Shown piece after piece: positions 39,771 through 50,259 of a stretch of 64,000 nucleotides of DNA. The stretch comes from Polyangiales bacterium (GTDB lineage: Bacteria > Myxococcota_A > Polyangia > Polyangiales > JADJQN01), in the NCBI GenBank assembly GCA_964202905.1, contig CAXNJO010000006.1, positions 1-64,000 on the forward strand, read 5' to 3'. Under the pieces are notes generated by a model, which saw nothing but the letters and a program-made list of their open reading frames with translations, did not search any database and had not been told where the DNA came from. Positions within the stretch are counted from its first letter, which is position 1. Every line of letters begins with the position of its first letter. A program made the translations under genes and the position numbers.

Positions 39771-41795
39771 TCACAGCGGCGCGATGCCGGACGTGAAGGG
39801 GAGCGCCCAGAACGCGGCGTCGGTGAACGCGGCGTTCGCAGCGGCGACCACCTGGGCGGCCGTCATCGGCGTCACGGCCGGGTTGGGGTCGGTCATGACG
39901 AGGGTGGCCGCCGCGTCGAAGCCCACGTCGACGAGGGCCGCGCCCGGGCGTGCGTTGCCAATCGCCCCGCCGACGAACGTCGATCCCGCGCCGAGCGAGA
40001 GCGGACCGGCCGCGTACGCGGACGTGATGCCGGCGAACACGACGCCCGGGGTGAACGTGGAGTCGTAGAACTCGCCGAGCAGGCCGCCGACGTGCGACGC
40101 GCTCGCGCTGCTCGTGATCGCGACGTCGGCGTGGATCCGCGACACCTGGATGGGGCGGTTGTTCATCCCCCAGAGGAAGCCGAAGACCCCGCCGAGCGCG
40201 CGGCTGCCGCCGGCCGAGAGCGCCATCGCGCCTCGCACGAAGACGTCGTGCACCGTGACCGCCGTCGTCGGTGTCCCCCGCTGGGTCTGGTAGATCCCCG
40301 CGAGCCCGCCCACGTTGAAGACCGCCCCGCTGCCCAGCTGCACCACCGTCAGGCCGTCCACGACGATGCGGCCGACGTCGACCGCGACGGCGTCGTTCAG
40401 CGTGAATTCTCCGACGACACCGCCGACCACCTCCGCGCCGAGGGGCGCCGAGCTCGGTGTGCGGAACCAATCACGGACTGTCAGGGTGACGTCGAGGACC
40501 CGGATGTCGCGGAGCAGGTGCGCGGCGCCCGCCGTCGACATCGTTCCCACCAAGCCGCCGACCGCATACGGCGCGATGCCGGCGTCGATCGACACCGTGT
40601 CGACGCGCAGGTCGGTGAACGTCGCGCCCGCCCCGGCAGGTCCGCCGACGCGATCGTCGAACTGACCGATGAGCCCGCCGACGGCGGAGGGGTTGTAGGT
40701 GAGCGCGGGGTCGTACACGGAGAGCGTGCTGTTCTCGAGCGTGTCGTCGGTGAAGACGAACGTGGTCCCGCCGCGCAGGAGGACCGTGCCGAGGAAGCCC
40801 CCGACGAACATGGAGCCACCGTCGAGCGGGTCGGTGCCCGTCTCGCCGAAGACCGAGTACGACACGCCCGGGGTCGCGGGCGCCGTCCGTTGGAAGGCGG
40901 CATTTCGCACGGTGGAGCCCGTGATCGTGAGCGGCATCGCCGCGTGCGTCTCGACGTGACCAGCGACGAAGCCGATGAAGTCCTTCGCGTCCTCGATCAC
41001 GCAGCCGTCGATCGTGATGCCATCGACGAGGATGGGGTCCGTGGTGATCGTGCCCTCGTCGAGGGCGTCGACGACGAAGCCGGCGAGGCAGCCGACGTTC
41101 CCGACGAAGCCCCGGACCGTCATCGCGGAGAGCGTCAGGTCGCGCACCGTCGCCCCCGCCGAGAGCCCGCGGAAGAGGCCGCCGCCCTCCCAGGGATCGA
41201 GCACGCCCGGCGTGTAGGCCGGGGGCATCGCGGTGCCGAGCAGCCATGCAGCCTTGCCCTCGACGAGGCAGTTCGAGAGCGTGAAGCCCGCGCCGTCGAA
41301 CGTGCCCGAGAAGAGGTTGGCGCTCGAAGGGTCGAAGCCGAGCGGCTCGATCACGGTGCCCGCGCAGTCGACGTCGGCGCCGAGCACGTACGCGGCGCCC
41401 ATGTCGTCGGAGACGTTCAGCAGCTGGGGCAGCGCGCAGATCACGAAGGGATCGCTCGCCGTGCCCGTGCCCGCCGCGAAGGGCAGCAGCCCAGGGCCGC
41501 CGCCACCGCAGGGGCCCGCGTCGTTGGAGCAGGTGCCCTGAACGACCCATTGTCCGGCGACGCAGAGGCGGTCGTCGGTGCCGTTGCCGTTGAGGCCGCA
41601 GGGCGGGCCGCCCTGATCGGTGTCGCTGTCCGTACACATCGGGCCCGGGAGCGGGGGCGGCGGCGGGGGTGATCCGGGGTTGCACGCGACGGCGTGGCCC
41701 GCGAGTCCGAGAACGACCAGCCAGCGCGAGAAAGCAATCGACCGCAGGCCCGGCCCCTTTCCAGTGGCTCCGATGACTCCGTGATCGCCGCGCAT
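39771..41795 (-). CDS. Lipoprotein with GLUG-motif beta-helix-like domain
   Basis: AVAC lipobox; GTGTASDPFVIC, FSGTFDGAG, repeated VGGLxG. Confidence 0.8.
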   Translation of the reverse strand: MRGDHGVIGATGKGPGLRSIAFSRWLVVLGLAGHAVACNPGSPPPPPPLPGPMCTDSDTDQGGPPCGLNGNGTDDRLCVAGQWVVQGTCSNDAGPCGGGGPGLLPFAAGTGTASDPFVICALPQLLNVSDDMGAAYVLGADVDCAGTVIEPLGFDPSSANLFSGTFDGAGFTLSNCLVEGKAAWLLGTAMPPAYTPGVLDPWEGGGLFRGLSAGATVRDLTLSAMTVRGFVGNVGCLAGFVVDALDEGTITTDPILVDGITIDGCVIEDAKDFIGFVAGHVETHAAMPLTITGSTVRNAAFQRTAPATPGVSYSVFGETGTDPLDGGSMFVGGFLGTVLLRGGTTFVFTDDTLENSTLSVYDPALTYNPSAVGGLIGQFDDRVGGPAGAGATFTDLRVDTVSIDAGIAPYAVGGLVGTMSTAGAAHLLRDIRVLDVTLTVRDWFRTPSSAPLGAEVVGGVVGEFTLNDAVAVDVGRIVVDGLTVVQLGSGAVFNVGGLAGIYQTQRGTPTTAVTVHDVFVRGAMALSAGGSRALGGVFGFLWGMNNRPIQVSRIHADVAITSSASASHVGGLLGEFYDSTFTPGVVFAGITSAYAAGPLSLGAGSTFVGGAIGNARPGAALVDVGFDAAATLVMTDPNPAVTPMTAAQVVAAANAAFTDAAFWALPFTSGIAPL

Positions 41796-41838
41796 CCGAC
41801 GGACGGAAGGCGACGTACCGCGACCCTCGAGGACGCGT

Positions 41839-44800
41839 TCAGGGGACGACGACCACCGCAGGCGTGCGGGTCAGCGCGTCGAGACCTACGGCGGCGAGAC
41901 GGCCGGCACCGCGCTGGCCCCAGCAATACGCGCGGGCGTCGGCTCCGACCGCACAGTTCGGGCCGATCATCGGCACCGGGGCCAGATCGAGGCGCGTGAA
42001 GCGGCCGACGACGGGCGCCGAGACCCGCGCCGGTGAGGTTGCGCCCGCGCCGGCCGCGCCCCACTCGTTCACCGCGTTGCAGCGCCAGGTGTCGCGGTCG
42101 GCTGTCACGCAGCGCGAGATGTTCGACGAGGTCTCGTGCAGCCGCCAGTCGACCACGCCGTCGAAGGCGCCGTTCGGCGCTGCGCGCACGGCGCGGTCGC
42201 CCCACAGACGCGGCACGCTCGAGCTCGACTGCGCCGCGAGGCACGAGTGGAACGAGCACACGACGGAGGTCACGCCCGTGAGCGGCACCGGGAGGGTCGC
42301 CGTCGACGCTTCCGTGGTGGCCGCGCCGGGGACGGTCCGGTTCGTCAGCGTCCCGTCCGCGAGCTCGCCGAGCGTGTTGCGGCCCCAACACCAGACGGCG
42401 CCATCGGCGCGCAGCGCACACATCGCCTCGGAGCCGCCGGTGATCGCGGTCACCGTGCTGAGGCCCACCACATCGACCGGGACCGAGGAGTTCTGCGTCT
42501 CCGCGATCCCCGCGCCCAGCGCGCCGTAGAAGTTGTAGCCCCAGCAGCGCACCGTCCCGCCCGCGAGCAGCGCGCAGGTGGTGGAGTTCGAGGCGGCGAG
42601 GGCCTGCACGCCCGAGAGCCCGGTCACCGGCACCGGGCTCGAGGCGGCCGCGAGCGGCGCGCCGTCGCCGAGCTGCCCGACGCTGTCCCCGCCCCAGCAG
42701 ACCACGGTGCCGCCCGTCCGCAGCGCGCACGCGTGGGTGCCGCCGACCGCGATGGCGCGGGCGTCCGAGAGGCCGCTGACGCGCACGGGCACGACGCTGG
42801 GCGTGGTCGTGCCGTTGCCGAGCTGGCCCGAGGCATTGCTCGTCAGTCCGCCCCAGCAGTGCACCTCGCCGGTGTCGAGCAGCGCACAGCGGAAGGCGTT
42901 GCTGTCGGCCGTGCCGCCCTGGTCGAGCGCGACGACCCCGCTGAGCCCGAGCACCGCCGCGGGCGCGCTCTGCCGCTCGGTGTCGCCGCCCGCTTCGCCG
43001 AACGTGTTGTCGCCCCAGCAGCGCACCTCGAGCGTGTCGGAGAGCGCGCACGCGTGGTGATCGCCGGCGGTCACCCAGCGCTGGGCCGAGAGACCGGGCA
43101 CCGCTGCGGGGCTGGCACGATCGGCGAGCACGCCATCGCCGAGCGCGGCCTGTGTGCCCTCGCCCCAGCACGCGATCGTCCCGTCGGTCGTGAGCGCGCA
43201 GGTGTGGGCGCCGCCCGCGCGCACCTGCCGCACGGTGAGCCCGGGGACGCTCACCGGGGCGGGCGCGTCCACGAAGGTCCCGTCACCGAGCTGACCGTGC
43301 TGGTTGCGCCCCCAGCAGACCACCTCGCGGCTCGCGCGCCGCGCGCAGGTGTGGTCGGCGCCGGCCGAGAGGCTGGCGGCGTCGACGAGGCCGGAGACCT
43401 CGACGAAGGCGGTGCTGCTCGCCGCGCTCGCGCCGTCGCCGAGCTGTCCGTAGGCGTCGTCGCCGGCGCAGCGCACGAGGCCAGCCCGCGTCCGCACGCA
43501 GAGATGCGCACGACCGACCGCCACCTCGGCCGCGTCGCCCACGTCGTCGCGCGGCGTGGCCACGAGGTCGTCCCCGAAGCAGTGCACCGTGCCGTCGAAG
43601 CGGCGCGCACAGAAGGTGGTGTCGAAGCCGCTGATCTGCGTCACGAGCGCGAGGTCCGGCACCTGCGTGAGCGCCAGCCCGTTGCCCCAGCAGTACACGA
43701 TGCCGTCGGTGTGCACTGCGCAGGCCCGCCGGGCGCCGAGCGCCATCTGCCGGACGTTCTCGAGCGGCCGGCTGATCGCATCGACGACCTCGAGCGGGCT
43801 CGCCGAGTGGCCCGCCGTGCCGGCGCGGCCGGTCAGCATGCCGGCGTTGTTGCCCCAGCAGAACACCCGCCCGCTCGCGTAGCGGACGCAGGTGTTGGTC
43901 CCGTTCGCCTCGACGTCCTCCACCGTGGCGCACGCGCCGCTGACGCAGCCGGCGGAACACACCACGCCGCAGGCGCCGCAGTGGTCTTCGTCCCGCGCGA
44001 GGTCCCGGCAAGCGCCCTCGCAGGGGGTCGTGCCCGCCGGGCAGATCGGCGTGCAGCCACCCGCGACGCAGGCCTCGCCCGGCGCGCACACATTGCCGCA
44101 AAAGCCGCACGCGGCGGGGTCTTCGTCGAGATCGACGCACGCGCCGTCGCAGCGCGTCGTCCCCGACCGGCAGGTGCACACGCCCGCATCGCAGGCCTCG
44201 CCCGGTGCGCACGTCACGCCGCACGCCCCGCAGTGCGCGACGTCGGTCGCGAGCGAGACACAGGAACTCGCGCAGGAGGTCTGGCCGGCCGGACACTCGG
44301 CCACGCACATGCCGGAGGCGCACGAGGTGCCGCCGGGGCACGCGAGCCCGCAGCCGCCGCAGTGCAGGGGATCGGCGCTCGGCGCGACACAGGCCCCGCC
44401 GCACCGCAGCTGACCGGGCGGGCAGGGCGTCGCGCACGCGCCGCCGTCGCACACCTCACCCTCGGCGCAGACGATGCCGCAGCCGCCGCAGTTCGCCGCG
44501 TCGGTGGCGCGGTCCACGCACCGCTCGGCGCAGCAGAGCTCGCCGGCGCCGAGGCAGCTGCTCGCGTCGACGCAGCCCGCGCGGCAGCGGTTGCTCGTGC
44601 ACACCTCGCCGGCGCCGCACTGGCCGTCGTGGACGCACGCCACGCACACGTGGAGGCTCGCATCGCAGTGGGCCGCGCCGGTGTCCTCGCAGCCCTCGTC
44701 GGCGGAGCAGCCCGCGACACAGGCCTGCGAGGCGGCGTCGCAGTGCTCGGTCGCCGGGCAATGCGCCCGCACCACGCAGCCGACGCACGCGTGGGCGCGC

Positions 44801-45105
44801 ACGTCGCAGCGCGGTGTACCGGGCGTCGCGGCGCAGCCCTCGTCGCTCGAGCAGCCGTCTTCGCAGAGCTCGCGGGCGACGTCGCAGTGCGCGCTCGGCG
44901 GGCAGTCGCGGTCGTCGGCGCAGCGTGCCGGGCCCGCGTCGTCGTCCGGCGGCGGTGCGTCGGGAGGTGGCGTCGCGTCGAGGGGCACGTCGGCATCGGG
45001 CCGCGGGGCACCCGCATCGGGGGGGCGATCACCCGCGCCACAACCCGCCAGGGCCGCGAGCGCCGTCGCCGCGAGGATCACGAGCGCACCGATTCCGTGC
45101 TTCAT
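41839..45105 (-). CDS. Cys-rich-repeat lipoprotein with RCC1/BLIP-II propellers
   Basis: MKHGIG...LAGC; DxxxDxxHCGxCGxxC repeats; many HTCA...VxCWGxNxxGQLGDG repeats. Confidence 0.9.
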   Translation of the reverse strand: MKHGIGALVILAATALAALAGCGAGDRPPDAGAPRPDADVPLDATPPPDAPPPDDDAGPARCADDRDCPPSAHCDVARELCEDGCSSDEGCAATPGTPRCDVRAHACVGCVVRAHCPATEHCDAASQACVAGCSADEGCEDTGAAHCDASLHVCVACVHDGQCGAGEVCTSNRCRAGCVDASSCLGAGELCCAERCVDRATDAANCGGCGIVCAEGEVCDGGACATPCPPGQLRCGGACVAPSADPLHCGGCGLACPGGTSCASGMCVAECPAGQTSCASSCVSLATDVAHCGACGVTCAPGEACDAGVCTCRSGTTRCDGACVDLDEDPAACGFCGNVCAPGEACVAGGCTPICPAGTTPCEGACRDLARDEDHCGACGVVCSAGCVSGACATVEDVEANGTNTCVRYASGRVFCWGNNAGMLTGRAGTAGHSASPLEVVDAISRPLENVRQMALGARRACAVHTDGIVYCWGNGLALTQVPDLALVTQISGFDTTFCARRFDGTVHCFGDDLVATPRDDVGDAAEVAVGRAHLCVRTRAGLVRCAGDDAYGQLGDGASAASSTAFVEVSGLVDAASLSAGADHTCARRASREVVCWGRNQHGQLGDGTFVDAPAPVSVPGLTVRQVRAGGAHTCALTTDGTIACWGEGTQAALGDGVLADRASPAAVPGLSAQRWVTAGDHHACALSDTLEVRCWGDNTFGEAGGDTERQSAPAAVLGLSGVVALDQGGTADSNAFRCALLDTGEVHCWGGLTSNASGQLGNGTTTPSVVPVRVSGLSDARAIAVGGTHACALRTGGTVVCWGGDSVGQLGDGAPLAAASSPVPVTGLSGVQALAASNSTTCALLAGGTVRCWGYNFYGALGAGIAETQNSSVPVDVVGLSTVTAITGGSEAMCALRADGAVWCWGRNTLGELADGTLTNRTVPGAATTEASTATLPVPLTGVTSVVCSFHSCLAAQSSSSVPRLWGDRAVRAAPNGAFDGVVDWRLHETSSNISRCVTADRDTWRCNAVNEWGAAGAGATSPARVSAPVVGRFTRLDLAPVPMIGPNCAVGADARAYCWGQRGAGRLAAVGLDALTRTPAVVVVP

Positions 45106-45137
45106 GGGTCGACTCCGGAGTGGGATGCGAAGGAGGC

Positions 45138-48100
45138 TCACGGCAGCACCACCGATGCGGGCGCGAGCACGTGGTTCGTGACGCCTGCGGCCTCGAGGAA
45201 GCCGCCCCCGGTCCAGCCCCAGCAGGACACTCGCCCGGCCGCGGTCAGGCCGCAGTTGGGGCCGTGCAGGGCATCCGCCGAGGGGCGCACCACGCGGAAG
45301 GCGCCGAGCACCGTCGAGGTGACCGTCGCCGGCTCGGCGGTTCCGTCGCCGACGCCGCCGTACTCGTTGTCGACCGTGCACGCCCAGCTCGCGTCGTCGG
45401 AGGTCACGCAGGTCATGCCCGAGAAGATCCAGCCGGTGCGGCCGGCGTAAGCGGCGTCCACGGTCGCCCGCCGCGTCGAGCCGCCCCAGCGGTAGGCCGT
45501 CCCGGCGCCGGCGATCGCGATGCAGGTGCGGCCGCTGCAGTCGAGCCGCGTGACCCCGGTGAGCGGCACCGCCGCGGTCGTGGTGACCGCGGCCGCGGTG
45601 TAGCGGTTCGTCGTGGTCCCGTCGGCGAGCTGGCCTTCGATGTTGCGGCCCCAGCAGTGCACGGTCCCGTCCGTGCGAAGGGCGCAGGTCGTCGAACCGA
45701 AGGCGTCGAGCGCGCTGACCGCCGAGAGCCCCGTGACCACGATCGGCGTGGGCCGACCGATGACCGTCCCGTCGCCGAGCTGGCCGATGTCGTTGCGGCC
45801 CCAGCAGCGGACGGTGCCATCCCCGAGCCGCGCGCAGGCGTGCGCCGCCCCGACGACGATCTGTGTCACGCCGCTCAATCCCGGGACCGTCACCGGGCTT
45901 CGGCGGTCGCTCAACACGCCGTCCCCCAGCTCGCCGCCCGACCCCTCGCCCCAGCAGACGACGGTGCCGCCGGCCCGGAGCGCGCAGGCATGCGCGTCGC
46001 CGAGCCCGAGGCCGATCGCGTCGCTGAGCCCGAGCACGTCGACCGGCGTGGTGCTCGAGGTCGTCAGGCCGTGTCCGAGCTGCCCCGAGGCGTTCGCGTC
46101 GGTGATGCGCCCCGACCAGCAGCGCACGCCGCCCGTGTCGAGCAGGGCGCAGCGGTAGAGCTCCCCGAGGGCGTCGCCGGACTGGTTCTGCTCGAGCGCG
46201 AGGACGCCCGAGAGCCCGAGGACCTCGCTCGGCGTGGCGCGCAACTCCACGCCGCCGCTCGCCTCTCCGTAGCTGGAGGCGCCGAAGCAGCGCACCGCGT
46301 CGCCGAGGTCGACGGCACAGGTGTGGTGGTCGTTCGCCGAGACGTCGCGCTGCGCGCCCAGCCCGACGACCGCCACCGGGCTCGTGCGGTCGGTGCGGGT
46401 CGCGTCGCCGAGGCGTCCGTCCGGGTTGCGGCCCCAGCAGACGAGCCCGCCGGCCGCGTCGAGCGCGCACGTGTGGTACCAGCCCGCGCGGAGTCGGCTC
46501 GCGCCCGCCGGGCCGACGACCTCGACGGGCGAGAGTCGATCCGTCGTGGTCCCATCGCCGACCTGCCCGTAGGCCGCGTCGCCCCAGCACCAGACGCTCC
46601 CGTCGGCGCGCCGGGCGCAGCTGTGGTCGTAGCCGACCGCGAGCTCGACCGCGCCCGAGAGCCCGCTCACCGGGAGCGGCGTCGTGCGGGTCATGCGGCT
46701 TCCGTCGCCGAGCTGACCCTCCGTGTTGGTCCCCCAGCACACGGCCGTGCCGTCCGCGAGCCGTGCGCACTGGTGGCGCGGTCCGACCTGCACCTCGAGC
46801 GCGTTGCGGATCCCCGCGACCGGGCTCGGCATCCGCGTGTCGCCCCAGCAGGAGACGGTCCCGTCGCTGCGCCGGGCGCAGAACGTCGTCCACGAGCCGC
46901 TGAGCTGCGTCACCTCGGAGAGCCCGGGCACGAGCGTCGGGAAGGCGTCGGCGACCCAGCAGAGCACGCGGCCGTCGGAGCGCAGCACGCAGGTGCGCGC
47001 GAGCCCCGTCACGACCTGGCGCACGTTCTCGATCGGCCTCCCGATCGCGTCGACGACCTGCACCGGGGTCGGCGTGTGCTCGACGCCGACGCTCGGCACG
47101 AAGTGCTCGGCGTATCCGAAGCAGAAGACCCGCCCCGAGGTGTAGCGCAGGCAGGTGTGGAAGAAGCCGACCGAGACGTCGGCGACCCGGGCGCAGGCGC
47201 CCGCCACGCAGCCCGGCGTGCAGACGTTGCCGCACGCGCCGCAGTGGTCACGGTCGGTCGCGAGGTCGATGCACTCGCCGCCGCAGAAGGTGCGGTCGGG
47301 GCCGCAGTCCTCGGCGCAGCGCCCCTCCGCGCAGACCTGCGAGGGAAGACACGCGTTGCCGCAGAAGCCGCAGTTGGCGCGGTCGATATCCGTCCGCACG
47401 CACGCGCCGTCGCAGATCGTCTCGGCGGTCGTGCAGTTCGGGACGCAAGCGCCGCTGACGCAGAGGTTGCCCGCCGGGCACGCGCTGCCGCAGGCCGTGC
47501 AGTGGAAGGGGTCGCTCTCGAGCGTCGCGCACGCGCCGCCGCAATCCGCCTGACCCGGCGGGCAGCTCGCGACGCACACGCCCGCGGCGCACGCGCTGCC
47601 GGCCGCGCAGGCACGTCCGCATCCGCCGCAGTTCGCCGGATCGTTGCCGACCGGCACGCAGACGCCGCCGCAGCGCTCCTGTCCCGCCGGACAGACCGGC
47701 GCGCACACGCCCTCGGAGCACGCCTCGAGCGGCCCGCAGGCGATGCCGCAGCCGCCGCAGTTCGCCTCGTCGCGCGCCGGGTCCACGCACGCCTCGGCGC
47801 AGCACGCCTCACCCTCTCCCGTGCACGGGCGTGCCGGCTCGAGGCAGCCCGCGCGGCAGCGGTTGCTGCTGCAGAGCGAGCCCGCCGGGCACTGCGCGTC
47901 GCGCAGGCACTCGACGCAGAGGCGGCGCAGCGGATCGCAGCGGATCGCCGCGCCCATGCCCGCGCACCCCGCATCGGACGAGCACCCCGCGACGCACTGG
48001 CCCGTCGCCGCGTCGCAGTACTCGGTCGCCGGACAATCCGGGTCGAGGCGGCAGCCGACGCATGCGTGGGTGAGCGTGTCGCAGAAGGGCCGGCCGCCGC

Positions 48101-48353
48101 CGCAGCCCGCGTCGCTCGAGCAGCCCGGGACGCAGCGCGCGCTGCCTTCGTCACAGTGCGAATCCGGCGGGCACTCGGCATCCCCGGTGCAGGAACCCTC
48201 GGGGGCATCCGGGGCGGCATCGAGCGCCGGCGTGGCGTCCTCCCGGGCGCCCCCGTCGGGGGACACGTTCATCGCGCCGCTGCCGCAGCCAGCGAGGGTC
48301 GTGAGGAGGGCGCAAAGCGCGAACGACAGGGGGGGCAGCGCCCGACGATGCAT
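45138..48353 (-). CDS. Cys-rich-repeat lipoprotein with RCC1/BLIP-II propellers (tandem paralog)
   Basis: GAGG RBS; MHRRALPP...LAGC; same architecture as the downstream gene. Confidence 0.9.
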   Translation of the reverse strand: MHRRALPPLSFALCALLTTLAGCGSGAMNVSPDGGAREDATPALDAAPDAPEGSCTGDAECPPDSHCDEGSARCVPGCSSDAGCGGGRPFCDTLTHACVGCRLDPDCPATEYCDAATGQCVAGCSSDAGCAGMGAAIRCDPLRRLCVECLRDAQCPAGSLCSSNRCRAGCLEPARPCTGEGEACCAEACVDPARDEANCGGCGIACGPLEACSEGVCAPVCPAGQERCGGVCVPVGNDPANCGGCGRACAAGSACAAGVCVASCPPGQADCGGACATLESDPFHCTACGSACPAGNLCVSGACVPNCTTAETICDGACVRTDIDRANCGFCGNACLPSQVCAEGRCAEDCGPDRTFCGGECIDLATDRDHCGACGNVCTPGCVAGACARVADVSVGFFHTCLRYTSGRVFCFGYAEHFVPSVGVEHTPTPVQVVDAIGRPIENVRQVVTGLARTCVLRSDGRVLCWVADAFPTLVPGLSEVTQLSGSWTTFCARRSDGTVSCWGDTRMPSPVAGIRNALEVQVGPRHQCARLADGTAVCWGTNTEGQLGDGSRMTRTTPLPVSGLSGAVELAVGYDHSCARRADGSVWCWGDAAYGQVGDGTTTDRLSPVEVVGPAGASRLRAGWYHTCALDAAGGLVCWGRNPDGRLGDATRTDRTSPVAVVGLGAQRDVSANDHHTCAVDLGDAVRCFGASSYGEASGGVELRATPSEVLGLSGVLALEQNQSGDALGELYRCALLDTGGVRCWSGRITDANASGQLGHGLTTSSTTPVDVLGLSDAIGLGLGDAHACALRAGGTVVCWGEGSGGELGDGVLSDRRSPVTVPGLSGVTQIVVGAAHACARLGDGTVRCWGRNDIGQLGDGTVIGRPTPIVVTGLSAVSALDAFGSTTCALRTDGTVHCWGRNIEGQLADGTTTNRYTAAAVTTTAAVPLTGVTRLDCSGRTCIAIAGAGTAYRWGGSTRRATVDAAYAGRTGWIFSGMTCVTSDDASWACTVDNEYGGVGDGTAEPATVTSTVLGAFRVVRPSADALHGPNCGLTAAGRVSCWGWTGGGFLEAAGVTNHVLAPASVVLP

Positions 48354-48899
48354 GGTGACCTCGGCGTGAGGAGGACAACCGCCCGAGAACGACCATGGGG
48401 GCGGGCGAAGAAGCCGATTTCGCGCCGCGACGCTAACACAGGCGCGTTCGGCGAGGTCGAGCGCTCGAGGGGCGCCGTGGGCTCGTCCGCGCTCCGCGTT
48501 GGGTGGCATCGCGGCGCTCCTCGGATCGCGATCGGCGCGGTGATCGACCGGGCCCGCACCCACGCGCGCACGCGACGCCGATCCGGCCGGCGAGCTCGAG
48601 TCGCCCGTCGTCGACGCGCCGCGCACGGACGAAACGCGCCGCCATCGCCGGCGCCGCGGGCCTTGTTCAGCCCGCGGAGCACGCCGCCTTCGACGCCCAC
48701 GTCCGGCACGTCCTGCGTGCGGCCGATCGTCCCGTCGTCCGCGATGCGCGGACGCGCGAGGAGCGAGGCCTCGCCCTGCGCATCGATCACGACGAGGCGG
48801 GCGTTCGGCGGATCGGCCCCCCGACGACACACGGGCTGCACGAGCCACGCGCCGCCTTCCGGAAACGCCCACGCCGACGACGTGCGCGGCCCATCGAAC

Positions 48900-49376
48900 T
48901 CACCGCGCCCCGGAGACCCCCGCGCACCGAAATGACGACGCGTGGCTCGTCGGCGCTGCGTGCGCGGGCACCTCGATCACCCCCTGACCCTGGTACCGCC
49001 GACACCGATACGTCACCACGACGTGCGCGACGGCCGGGACCCCTCCGGCGGGATCGTGGGGCTGCGCCTCCCCGAGCCGGGCGTCGACCACGCACTCGCT
49101 GGCCGGGATCGAGACACGAACACCGACGAGGTGGGGCTCCTGGGAGCGCCCCATGACGTCCAACGAGAACAGCGGATCCCCATCGGGGTCTTGCACGCGA
49201 CAGCGAGCGGTCCGCTCCGTCGGTGGCCTGTCGTCGCCCGCAGACGCCGGGCCCGTGGACCCGAGCGCTTCCGGGCCGACGTCGAGCAACACGCCGGGTG
49301 GCGTCGCCAACGGCGAACCGTCGTCGCAGCCGAACGACGCCGTGACGCAGAGCAGGAGGCCGAGGACGCGACGCAT
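48900..49376 (-). CDS. Hypothetical lipoprotein, possibly extending to ~48450 through frameshifts
   Basis: MRRVLGLLLCVTASFGC; protein-like text (WAFPEGGAWLVQPVC...ARLVVIDAQGE) continues downstream in other frames. Confidence 0.55.
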   Translation of the reverse strand: MRRVLGLLLCVTASFGCDDGSPLATPPGVLLDVGPEALGSTGPASAGDDRPPTERTARCRVQDPDGDPLFSLDVMGRSQEPHLVGVRVSIPASECVVDARLGEAQPHDPAGGVPAVAHVVVTYRCRRYQGQGVIEVPAHAAPTSHASSFRCAGVSGAR

Positions 49377-49491
49377 GGTCCGCGACTATAGCGCGGCGAC
49401 GCAGACGCCCGTCACGTCGTTGATCGGCGCGATGCGTGGGACCCGGCGTGCCCCCCTCGGCGCGTCGCCACGGGCCGCGCCGTGTGTTCGA

Positions 49492-49519
49492 CGTGGATCT
49501 CGACGCGCTCCTCGGGTAG
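49492..49519 (+). repeat. Right copy of direct repeat (duplicate rph 3' end) just upstream of rdgB
   Basis: CGTGGATCTCGACGCGCTCCTCGGGTAG; weaker similarity to rph extends back to ~49445. Confidence 0.85.
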
Positions 49520-49534
49520 AGACTGGTCCCGCCG

Positions 49535-50164
49535 ATGACCGTCTCGCTGCTCGTCGCCACGCGCAACAAGGGCAAACTCGCGGAGCTGCGCGAGCTCGTC
49601 GCCGACCTCGGCGTCGCGCTCCTCTCCCTCGACGACACGCCCCGCGCGCCCGCGGACGTCGTCGAGGACGGCGCGACCTTCGAGGACAACGCGCGCAAGA
49701 AGGCGCTGGAATACGCGCGCGCGACGGGCCTGCCGACGCTCGCCGACGACAGCGGGCTCGAGGTCGACGCGCTCGCGGGGGAGCCCGGCGTGCGCTCGGC
49801 GCGCTTCGCCGGGGCGCGCGCGACCGACGGCGAGAACAACCGCCTGCTGTTGTCTCGCCTCGAGGAGTTCGGCGGCGACGAGCGTACGGCGCGCTTCCGC
49901 TGCGTGCTCGCCTTCGCCGATCCGCGCGGCCCGCTCGGCGAGGCGGTGCACCTCACGCGCGGCGTGTGCGAAGGCCGCATCCTCAGCGGCCCGCGCGGCG
50001 CGAGCGGCTTCGGCTACGACCCGCTCTTCGTGCCCGAGGTCCCCGGCGACCGCACGCTCGCGGAGCTGCGCAGCGACGAGAAGAACGCCATCAGCCACCG
50101 CGCCGAGGCGTCGCGCCGGATGGTCGCGTTCCTCCGCGCGTACCTGCAGGGCGGGGCCGTCTAG
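49535..50164 (+). CDS. rdgB: Non-canonical purine NTP pyrophosphatase (Ham1/RdgB)
   Basis: ATRNKGKLAE, TFEDNARKKA, ADDSGLEVDAL, GFGYDPLF, KNAISHR. Confidence 0.97.
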   Translation: MTVSLLVATRNKGKLAELRELVADLGVALLSLDDTPRAPADVVEDGATFEDNARKKALEYARATGLPTLADDSGLEVDALAGEPGVRSARFAGARATDGENNRLLLSRLEEFGGDERTARFRCVLAFADPRGPLGEAVHLTRGVCEGRILSGPRGASGFGYDPLFVPEVPGDRTLAELRSDEKNAISHRAEASRRMVAFLRAYLQGGAV

Positions 50165-50259
50165 CGGCGCTGCGTCGGCGCTGCGTCGGTCGGCGTCGGC
50201 GATCGGCGCCGTGACGCCTTGAGGATCGCGGAGGCCGATGGTAAGACCGCGGCCTCCAA

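Noticed and set aside
41839..47235. Single 1798-aa protein
   Set aside because: The first ~710 aa are an off-frame reading of the upstream RCC1 gene; the real start with signal peptide is at 45105
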